A stretch of DNA of 64,000 nt from Prochlorococcus sp. AG-363-K07 (GTDB lineage: Bacteria > Cyanobacteriota > Cyanobacteriia > PCC-6307 > Cyanobiaceae). Under the pieces are notes generated by a model, which was not told the origin of the DNA, did no database searches, and saw only the letters and a program-made list of their open reading frames with translations. Below, one piece after another: positions 18,766 through 26,957 of the stretch; the stretch's first letter is position 1; each line of letters opens with the position of its first letter. A program made the translations under genes and the position numbers. The stretch is taken from positions 8,637 through 72,636 of the forward strand of contig QCFO01000008.1 of the NCBI GenBank assembly GCA_003280225.1, written 5' to 3'.

Positions 18766-19107
18766 TTAAATTAAATAATTGTTCTTATATAACTCGTCAA
18801 ATACTCTTGCACCTCTTGCTTGTGTGCCAATACCTAATGGATTGACCTCATCTAGTACAGCTGCAAAGCAGGTGATCCAGTAACTTCCTTCGCAGACCTT
18901 AGCTTTTTTACAGATGTGAGCAGGAGCAATTTCAGTACATCCTTGCGAACGAGAGATGTTGATACTTGCGATTTGGGATTCCAGCTCAATATCCAACAAC
19001 TCAGCCTCTTCCTTGGTAATCTTTGTTCCTGCAGCATGACATTCAAGTAACATTTGATAGTTCATTTTGTGTGTCACATTACTATTAACTGATTCGTCAG
19101 CAATCAT
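18766..19107 (-). CDS. Hypothetical Cys-containing protein (113 aa; possibly starts at internal MNYQ)
   Basis: The ORF has six Cys residues (ECH, GCT, ICKKAKVCEGSYWITC). No family recognised. Confidence 0.4.
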   Translation of the reverse strand: MIADESVNSNVTHKMNYQMLLECHAAGTKITKEEAELLDIELESQIASINISRSQGCTEIAPAHICKKAKVCEGSYWITCFAAVLDEVNPLGIGTQARGARVFDELYKNNYLI

Positions 19108-19541
19108 TAAAATTCTAATCAGTTTACTAGGCCTTTTTTATTTGGTACCCAGATGATTTTTAGACATCTTTGATTAGTTAGGTGGTTCTTGACGACTATA
19201 AGCAGAGCACAGAATTTGCATCTTCGCCATAAGCTCGTAGGTAGACTATCACCATTATCTAGTATTTCTTGCAATAGTGATTGGTAGTTAGCTATGCTGT
19301 TGATTAAATGATAGGTGAAACCATAGATCTAACTTTTGGATTTTTATTACAAATACTGATCAAGTCTTAGCCATTTGTTTTATATCTGGTTTTTCGAGTC
19401 GTATGTAAAAATATAGTAAATAAACCAAATAATTCCTATTGTTAGAAGGACTACCATTATATTCACTGACCAAACAAACTCATTCTGCATTTGATTATTT
19501 AGTAGTTTTCTTTTTTAATAGAAAGGTTCTATTACTTTTAA

Positions 19542-20186
19542 TCATTCAAGCAAGCTTGCCTGATAGAAGTCAGAACTCAATCCCTTGGATTCTATCGTCC
19601 AACCATCAGAATTCCAACTAATTAGGAACTTTTCTAATGATTTTAATTCCTGCTGATTTCTTATTGATGCTATCCATTCCTCCTCAATGCCATGAGGAAT
19701 GACAACAGGCATCCGCTTATGAAATGGTTTAATCAGCTCATTCGGTTGAGTTGTTAGAATGCAGCAGGTTTCGAGCTCACTACCTTCGTGACTCATCCAT
19801 CGGTTCCATATACCGGCCAGCCAAAAAAGTTGAGAATCTTTTCTTCTTATTAGACGATCTTTTTCGAAAAATCCAGTCGCTGGTAATAGGCATCTTTTAT
19901 GTTTCCAACTGGTACGAAACAATCGATTTGTGTCAATAGTTTCAGACCTCGCATTGAAGGGTTTTGGTCTGGACTCGTGGAAGGGATTTTTACTCCACTC
20001 TGAAATAAATCCCCATAACATAATTGAGGTAGATGTCTTTCCTTCATTCTTCAGAACAATTACGGGATCATTAGGTTTGATTAATGGTTGTTGGGCATAG
20101 TTCAGCGTAAAGCCAGTAGGAGTATTATTTTGGAGAATGTCTGGTAGTTCTTCAAGCTCTGCCCTTAGCTCGTAGCTTCCGCACAT
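19542..20186 (-). CDS. SOS-response-associated peptidase (SRAP / YedK-like abasic-site crosslinking protein)
   Basis: The N-terminus is MCGSY with the catalytic Cys2. It also has NARSETI, RCLLPATGFFE, LAGIWNRW and HKRMPVVI motifs. Confidence 0.9.
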   Translation of the reverse strand: MCGSYELRAELEELPDILQNNTPTGFTLNYAQQPLIKPNDPVIVLKNEGKTSTSIMLWGFISEWSKNPFHESRPKPFNARSETIDTNRLFRTSWKHKRCLLPATGFFEKDRLIRRKDSQLFWLAGIWNRWMSHEGSELETCCILTTQPNELIKPFHKRMPVVIPHGIEEEWIASIRNQQELKSLEKFLISWNSDGWTIESKGLSSDFYQASLLE

Positions 20187-20656
20187 ATATTTACAATAGA
20201 ATCTTTGTACGATAAATGCTAAATGCCAGAAAGAAACAAAATTAACTTAAATTGAATAACTTCACTTGCCATTATGAATTCAATCCCGAGATACTTCTTT
20301 GAATCTTGGCTTGTGGCGCAGGTATTACGTCAAACAGACTGTTGGAGTTCTCCAATTCTGGAATTATTTATCCAAATCTAAGGACAATTTGTTTGTTTTT
20401 TCTGGAGTTCCGATCCTCTGGTTCTAAAGAGGAAATTGTGAAATTCAATCCACATTAAACTGACAGGAATGTTCCTGAATGGGGAAAAGATTTAGACTTG
20501 TCGAACTTGGACATGGTATCGTGGCTTTATGTGTTAACAATGATCAGGTTTGAATCAAGAAGCCGGCTGCTTATAGATTAGAGATTATTTATTGAATATC
20601 TTGATGTATAACCTATTTTGTGTTTTGAGATACTTTGCTATTACAAAGAGAAGAAT

Positions 20657-21274
20657 ATGGACCAACGATTATTCTTTCCAGCAACTCAACGTAATTTCGA
20701 CCCTATAGCCAAAGTCTTTGCGAATATCCTTCCTGAAATGGGCTCAATATTAGAGATTGCTAGCGGCAGCGGAGAACATGGGGTTAGATTTCAAGAACGT
20801 TTTCCAAAGATTAACTGGCAAACGAGTGATCCTAACCCTTTCTATAGAGAAAGTATTAATGCTTGGATTACCTATAAAGGATTAACATCCAAAATGGCCC
20901 AACCTCTTAATTTAGATGTTGAGGCTAGGCCATGGCCAATACCTTTTCAAGTTCGAGAAACTATCCAAGCTATTGTTTGTATAAATATGACTCATATAAC
21001 ACCTTGGAGTGCAACGAAGGCTCTATTAGCAGAAGCTTCAGAGCTTCTACATAAAGATCAATTTCTGATGCTATATGGTCCCTTTCAAAAAGACGGCCAA
21101 CATACGAGTTACAGCAATGAACAATTTGATCAGTCTTTAAAGCTTAATAATCGATCTTGGGGTATTCGTGACCTTACAGAGATTTCTCTAGAAGCAATTA
21201 AACATAGATTCCAAATAAGAGAAGTTATACCAATGCCTGCTAACAACTTTTCAGTTCTTTTGTATTTGAAATAG
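20657..21274 (+). CDS. DUF938 family (class I methyltransferase-like) protein
   Basis: The sequence is FFPATQRNFDPIAKVF...ILEIASGSGEHGVRFQERFPKINWQTSD. The ATG at 20657 is preferred over the TTG at 20618. Confidence 0.8.
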   Translation: MDQRLFFPATQRNFDPIAKVFANILPEMGSILEIASGSGEHGVRFQERFPKINWQTSDPNPFYRESINAWITYKGLTSKMAQPLNLDVEARPWPIPFQVRETIQAIVCINMTHITPWSATKALLAEASELLHKDQFLMLYGPFQKDGQHTSYSNEQFDQSLKLNNRSWGIRDLTEISLEAIKHRFQIREVIPMPANNFSVLLYLK

Positions 21275-21312
21275 GATCTATTGAAGAGACTATTATTCCT
21301 TAAGGTTGGATT

Positions 21313-21975
21313 TTACTTTAACAAATAAGCCCAATTGACATAATGATTAGAATGTCCTAATTGTTTTTGTAGTCTTTTGCTATTTACTTTTATCACCAAA
21401 CCTTCTGCGGGATAATTGTTAAACAAAATTCCATTCTGCCAAAGGTTTAGATATAAGTCGACCTCTGATGTTGTGAATCTTGTGAAGTCTGTCTCAGGGA
21501 TTGAAAAACCTAAGTTCTTTAGCTCTTGAAGTTCTGTATTATGATTTAGATTGCAATTTATAAGTTGGTAACAACAGAAAGACAAGCTCTTCTCATTTGG
21601 AGAAGTAATTCTTATGGTTTCTAATCTGGTTCTTTGAGAATTTAATCTATGTTTATAAAGTTCGCCTCTAACAGCTATTTCTTTTGATATAGGAATCTCA
21701 TTTGGAATAGTTTTAATAATTTGAACCCTATCTAATCCCAGTACTTTCTTATTATGAAATGCTTCTTGAAGAATTCCATTCTTATAGATAAGAATTATTT
21801 GATAACCATTAATTTTTGGCTCAATTATTAAACGCGTATTTGGGAGTAACTGACCATATAGCCACTTTTTATAATTTCCACTTTGGAGTTTTAAAAGTCT
21901 TGTACTTTTTGGATAAGGGCTTTTTTCTTTAATCGGCAATAGGTTTGCTAGAAGGTGATTATAATTTTCGTACAT
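21313..21975 (-). CDS. Stand-alone NAD-dependent DNA ligase (LigA) adenylation/nucleotidyltransferase-domain homolog with divergent motifs
   Basis: It is collinear with E. coli LigA motifs: IIEPKINGYQIILIYKNGIL (KxDG is KING here), IAVRGELY, LSFCCYQL, NLGFSIP and EGLVIKVNSKRLQKQLGHSNHYVNWAYLLK. It ends where the LigA NTase domain ends, with no OB, Zn-finger, HhH or BRCT domain. Confidence 0.75.
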   Translation of the reverse strand: MYENYNHLLANLLPIKEKSPYPKSTRLLKLQSGNYKKWLYGQLLPNTRLIIEPKINGYQIILIYKNGILQEAFHNKKVLGLDRVQIIKTIPNEIPISKEIAVRGELYKHRLNSQRTRLETIRITSPNEKSLSFCCYQLINCNLNHNTELQELKNLGFSIPETDFTRFTTSEVDLYLNLWQNGILFNNYPAEGLVIKVNSKRLQKQLGHSNHYVNWAYLLK

Positions 21976-22019
21976 AATTATAATCGAGGTAGAATAGTGT
22001 TAGATATTTAGCTTATTCT

Positions 22020-22328
22020 TTAAAGATTATCATTGCTAATTGGACCGATGCGTCCAATCGGATTGGAATTATCGCGATGATTCTCTGGTCTAAAAGGAAA
22101 GTCAATATCTGGTCCTAGGAGATTGTCCATAGCTATTTCCTGTTCTCTTTTCACTTTCTCAGTATTTATTTGAGTCTTTGGAATTTCATCCATTACTGGG
22201 AGCGCAGCTTGTACAGTTTCAGTTAACGGCAGAAGGAACACAAATAATGAAAGTACTGTGGAAAAGACTAGATAAACCATTTTATTCTCTGGTATTGGTG
22301 AGGTCATTATCCGCTGTTTTTGTAGCAA
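22020..22328 (-). CDS. Hypothetical secreted protein
   Basis: The signal-like segment is MVYLVFSTVLSLFVFLLPLTETVQA, with a probable start at Met17 (nt 22280). It lies 44 nt upstream of the LigA-like gene on the same strand. Confidence 0.45.
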   Translation of the reverse strand: MLQKQRIMTSPIPENKMVYLVFSTVLSLFVFLLPLTETVQAALPVMDEIPKTQINTEKVKREQEIAMDNLLGPDIDFPFRPENHRDNSNPIGRIGPISNDNL

Positions 22329-22421
22329 ATAATGCCTTTACCATAGATTAAAGAGTAGAAATAATTTCACAGTACTTCCCAAATTTACCATTTTGAATTT
22401 GATTTGAATACTCTTCTTAAC

Positions 22422-22670
22422 TCAAAACTGTTGTGTCTTTTTTACTACGAAACCCTTTTTGGTCATTAGAGCTTCTTCTTTTATCTCTATGCCTTTTACG
22501 ATAGAAATTTCCCCTTTTAGACCAAACGAAGCGAGGTCAGCTGACATTTGTTTGATAACCTCTGCTTCAACGAGATTTTCATCAACCTTGTCGGGTGTTA
22601 CCTTCGCAAATAGCTTGTGCGTTTTGGAGGCCACTACTTCTGTTGAGTTGGTTATTTTGACAAGGATCAT
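22422..22670 (-). CDS. Hypothetical protein (82 aa)
   Basis: Clean ORF with balanced composition (MILVKITNSTEVVASKTHKLFAKVTPDKVDENLVEAEVIKQM...). No family recognised. Confidence 0.45.
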   Translation of the reverse strand: MILVKITNSTEVVASKTHKLFAKVTPDKVDENLVEAEVIKQMSADLASFGLKGEISIVKGIEIKEEALMTKKGFVVKKTQQF

Positions 22671-23142
22671 TGAAAATCATTCACTTGAGATAATTTAATC
22701 AGATTTCAAGAGAATGTTCTTTATAGAAACGTATGCTGCCCCTAATACTCCAATCCAGAACGGTTGGATATTTACTAATCTTAAGATTAATCCATCATGA
22801 TAGAGATTTTTAATATTCTATGACCCATTTTTATAGTGGCTATTCGACTCAGATTTGCTTTTGTGTTGCCTGAACTATTCTGGTTCTTGTAAAATCTATT
22901 TAGCCCCCTAATAAAATTCTTACTGCGAGAATAGCCAAAGAGTATTACGATTAATAATAGAATAACTTCTAATCGCCTTCTTATTGCAAAATGTATGTTA
23001 ATAATTAGAATTTATTTATTTACCTTAGAGCTGTGAGAGTTTGGCATCTCTTTAGATTCAAAGTAGCAGCATCAGAAATTGTCAGGTATATTGACTAATT
23101 ACTTAAAATAATGAAGCGTGAGTTTCTACTTTTTTAATTACT

Positions 23143-23355
23143 ATGTATTATAGCCCTTTTTATTTTTTAAAATGGCTTTTATTCGCGCCATTGTTGACCA
23201 CTAACATAACAAAAGAATACTTCTTAGTATTAGATCCAACACTTAAAGTATTTGTCTCTGTTGTAGCTATTGTTGGACCCGCTTGTGTAGTTGCTTTGAT
23301 TCTTTTCCTAAAACGAATTGAAAAAGATTCGCCTGAACGCATCAGGTGGAAATGA
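23143..23355 (+). CDS. Hypothetical two-TM protein (70 aa)
   Basis: The hydrophobic segments are FLKWLLFAPLL and VFVSVVAIVGPACVVALILFL. Confidence 0.3.
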   Translation: MYYSPFYFLKWLLFAPLLTTNITKEYFLVLDPTLKVFVSVVAIVGPACVVALILFLKRIEKDSPERIRWK

Positions 23356-24519
23356 TTCCTTCTTTGAAATACAGAACCGATTTTAAAGCTATTTTGATTA
23401 ATCAATTAGAATGATACTCATATCGTTAGTCTTCTCTTCTTCCAAGGGTAAAAGGTATTCTTTGTTATAACCTTCATGCTATTATTTTATTTATTACTAA
23501 AACCTACGATTTACATATTCAATTTTTGATATACAGATAGACTCCTTTATCCCTGTCTTTGTATCTACTTATCTTTATAGAGTCTCATATAAATATTAAA
23601 GTTGCTAGTAATACCGAAAATTTAAGCAGATTTTCAATAGATTACTTGATATATTAATTTTAACTTAGGGTAATACTTACTCACTCAAGACTAGCTTATT
23701 AGATGAATTCTAAAATTGGTTTAAAAGAGACGATCTCCTACATAAATTAAAATTCGCTGACATTACTATTGACTGTGTAATGCATTAGGTGATTTTACCT
23801 ACTTAGTTTTTGGTAATTCTGTTGTAACCACCAAGACAATGGATTGCGGATTGTTGGCCTCTTTGAGATTTTTTCGCTAAAAAACAAGGCAGAATGGATT
23901 AAGCCTAAACATTTAAAAAAGTTTCAAGACTTTTCTCCCTTTTGTTGAGGGTGGCTAGTACTTGAGAAGTAGATCAGCAATGATGAACAGTTCTTCAGTC
24001 GGCAAAGCACTGACTTTGTCTCAGAGGTTGTCTAAGGCTCTTTCAAGTTTTGGAAGACTTCTGATGTATCGGTTGCCAGGGCAGGAATGACCACAGATTC
24101 CCAGCTATCTACGAGAACAGATTAATTGTCGTAAGAACGGTAAAAATCCACGCAGCGGCTTTTTTTTGCTTTGCCCCAGCCTGGAATAGTGGTTTGAACG
24201 GATTGAGTTCCATGAGAGATGTTGTAAATCTTGATAAGAGTTTAAATGCTTGATAGGTCTAATTGCTTATAATTCCTATAGATTTTGATTAGAAGATGTT
24301 ATGGACGGGTTAAGTAATTCTTTTCAATTGATAAGTCGTTGCTACTTGCAAAGCCACTGCCTTCCAGTCCCATCCTATGAAAGGACTATCAAGTCTGATT
24401 CTCTTGATAGGAAAAAGTAATTTTCTGATTTTTAGAGAATAATATCTTCTTAAGGTAAATACCCATAAGAGTTGCAAAGGCGTCTAATTACTCATACATC
24501 AATGTAGATAATTCACAGC

Positions 24520-24765
24520 TTAAGGGCCTTCGGATGCTTGGTTTCTATAATGAACAGCCCCATTACATATATTCACTGCTATAGCTTCTCTTCCTGCTTT
24601 CCCTTTTTCTTTAAGACCATGGAGATCGTCTAAGAAACTGGCTGTTGTTTTGATGCATTTATTCCAGATTTTAGATTGATTAGAAATAGGGACAAGCTCG
24701 ATAGAAATTATTGCCAGTAGAAGGGACGCTATCCAAGTAAATACTTTTGGTCTGTAGCTTTCCAT
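24520..24765 (-). CDS. Hypothetical N-terminally anchored protein (81 aa)
   Basis: The TM segment is VFTWIASLLLAIISIELV, followed by a soluble tail. Confidence 0.4.
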   Translation of the reverse strand: MESYRPKVFTWIASLLLAIISIELVPISNQSKIWNKCIKTTASFLDDLHGLKEKGKAGREAIAVNICNGAVHYRNQASEGP

Positions 24766-24849
24766 GAGTCAGGAAAAACATCTCGTTTTATTATCTCTTG
24801 CTTTGAATGTCGATATCTTGTATTGAGATACTGTTTGTTGTTAGTTGTC

Positions 24850-25179
24850 TTAATTTTCTTTGGATTCTTCCATTGGTAGATCTGTTCTCTTGCCTTCTAA
24901 TATGTCAGCTAAGGCTCTGAAGCTTTCTGCGTAATTCCAGAATGTTTCCTTTCTCTGAAAACCATTAAGAAAATGCCTGCTGAAATTTCTTTGCACCCCC
25001 CATCTTTCCTCATTCTTTTGGTATTCGCTGTGACTCATATCAATTAAAAAATGACTAGCTCTTTCGTGCCTTAGACAGTCCTCTTCGGAGTCGAAAAGCT
25101 CTCCATCTTTGGCTTGCCAGACTTGTTTGCCCATTAAACTGAAAATAGAGGATTCATTTCCAATAATAGTAAATAGCAC
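24850..25179 (-). CDS. Hypothetical protein (109 aa)
   Basis: The ORF has soluble, charged composition. No family recognised. Confidence 0.4.
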   Translation of the reverse strand: MLFTIIGNESSIFSLMGKQVWQAKDGELFDSEEDCLRHERASHFLIDMSHSEYQKNEERWGVQRNFSRHFLNGFQRKETFWNYAESFRALADILEGKRTDLPMEESKEN

Positions 25180-25673
25180 GACAGGTGTTAGGCTTTAAAG
25201 GATTTTGAGGATATTTAGGATCATGATTATATAAAAAGAAGCCTCCTTCCTTTTTAAAAGCCTTATAGAACTTCTATTAAATAAAATTTAAACAACGGAT
25301 TCTAATTATTAGCATAAATCAAAACTTCTTCTTAATAACTGTTGGAGTACTCAAGATAAATATTTGAATTCTATTCTGATTTTTTATTGTGCGATACAGG
25401 TATTGACCAATTGACTTGTTCCTTTTCAAGTAGTATATTCTTTAATGATTCAATGTCGTTTTGGGTACATTTGATTTCTTTTTGTATTTCTTTAAGACTC
25501 TCGTTTAATCTTTTCTCGAAATTTTTAGCTCTCATGAAAATTGCTCATATAACTTCTAATCTACATTCTAATACAATTAGGATAATTTTCTATTATTCAT
25601 AGTATTAAGGATAGTAATAAAGAATCAAGATCCCTTTGCTCAGAGGAAATTGTAGTTTTTATTACAAAATTAT

Positions 25674-25702
25674 AAAATAGGAAAATAGGAAAATAGGAAA
25701 AA
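25674..25702. repeat. Short tandem repeat (GAAAATAG)n, about 3.5 units
   Basis: The sequence aaaatag gaaaatag gaaaatag gaaaaag is read directly. Confidence 0.7.
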
Positions 25703-25875
25703 GCTTCAATACTAATCTCTTTTGGAATTAAAGGACTTTGGTGTATTTTGTCAATTCATACCTAAGATTGTTTCTTTCCTTTCGACTTGCCTATTCGATC
25801 ATCCTTCTTTCTCATTGAATTGCAATAAAGTATATTCCCCTAAATTGTTTTATTGAATTATTGACCTATTGTTTC

Positions 25876-26037
25876 ATGAATATCCCTTCCTATCCATATT
25901 ATGAGATGATTTTCAAGCTGAATCCTGTAAGACCATCAAAGAATCAACCATGGCGGATTTGGTTTTTTGTCTTTGTGTTGAATCTTGTCGGATGGATCGG
26001 ATGGTATTTCTTGCATGATATGCCATCGAAATGGTGA
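25876..26037 (+). CDS. Micro-ORF, 53-aa single-TM peptide
   Basis: Hand translation gives MNIPSYPYYEMIFKLNPVRPSKNQPWRIWFFVFVLNLVGWIGWYFLHDMPSKW. Confidence 0.3.
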   Translation: MNIPSYPYYEMIFKLNPVRPSKNQPWRIWFFVFVLNLVGWIGWYFLHDMPSKW

Positions 26038-26066
26038 TTAGGTCCTAATACGAATTATTTTGACTT

Positions 26067-26222
26067 ATGGATGTGTCTTTTTCTCGGGCGTTGGATTTAA
26101 CTGGAATGTCCTCCACTACATCGGCTGTTGTGTGGACTATGATGATTTTCTTATGTGCTCTTTTGATAGGAGCTGCTTTGTACTTTAAGTACCTTTTCGA
26201 CCAGAGGAAGAGGATCGACTAG
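26067..26222 (+). CDS. Micro-ORF, 51-aa single-TM peptide
   Basis: Hand translation gives MDVSFSRALDLTGMSSTTSAVVWTMMIFLCALLIGAALYFKYLFDQRKRID. Confidence 0.3.
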   Translation: MDVSFSRALDLTGMSSTTSAVVWTMMIFLCALLIGAALYFKYLFDQRKRID

Positions 26223-26380
26223 ATAAGACAATTTTTATGAAGTTCTTAACAAGGTCTAGATGAATCCTGGTTTTGAGGGGCCTGTAAAAGTAAATTCAAT
26301 TCCTGTGTGCCAATCTTGTGTGCCAGTTAGATTTGAGCACAATGTCTATTCACTCTCCCTCTTCTTTAGAGATAATGGAT

Positions 26381-26471
26381 TAGTGAGGAGATGAGTTTTC
26401 TTGAGCAGTGGAAACGTGGAAACACTTGCTCGAAATCTCAAAGAAGCCCGCCTTTGGCGGGCTTTCTTATT
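26381..26471 (+). ncRNA. Yfr2-family-like sRNA (copy B)
   Basis: The sequence is TAGTGAGGAGATGAG..GAGCAGTGGAAACGTGGAAACACTTGCTC..AGCCCGCCtttgGCGGGCTTTCTTATT. A GATAAT -10-like box lies at 26371-26376. The stem GAGCA.TG/CA.TGCTC exposes two GGAAAC repeats, and a GC hairpin plus U-tract follows. Confidence 0.55.
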
Positions 26472-26957
26472 GCCATAGTCCTTTAGCTCCTTTTTAGCAA
26501 GGGATTAGGTCTTTGCCGATTGAATACAGAATACAAGAAACTCATCTCTTTCATTTGATAAAAAATCTTCCATTTCTAATCAGATCGTGATTCAGTAGTT
26601 TTGAAGTTTTCAATTCAGCTAACACTAGTAAAATCGGCCTTTGTCTGATCTGAGCTTTTAGCGGCTTTGGTTCCTACAGATTGTTTTACATAACCTAAGT
26701 TGTAAATACCCGAATTTCCAAGTTACAGAGTAGTGTTTTTATAGTCGATGCATATCCCATGAATTTCTTTGCAACTAGTACTGGTTTTTTTGGTGTTTCT
26801 CCATCTACAGATCAGTTAATTGTGCTAAACCTTGCCGCTATTTTGGTAGGTACAACATTTAATGCTCCTCAAAAGGTACTTAAGTGGGGAGGAGTAGTCG
26901 TAGCAGTTATCACCTCGACCTGTGCTATTTGGTGCACCAATCATTAACTTTGTATTT

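Noticed and set aside
20187-20260. LexA box upstream of the SRAP gene (CGTACAAAGATTC on the minus strand).
   Set aside because: It has at least two mismatches to RGTACNNNDGTWCB, including the first purine and the second half-site G.
25674-25702. GAAAATAG tandem repeat as a CRISPR-like or regulatory array.
   Set aside because: It has only about 3.5 contiguous 8-mers without spacers. It is a simple microsatellite in non-coding DNA.
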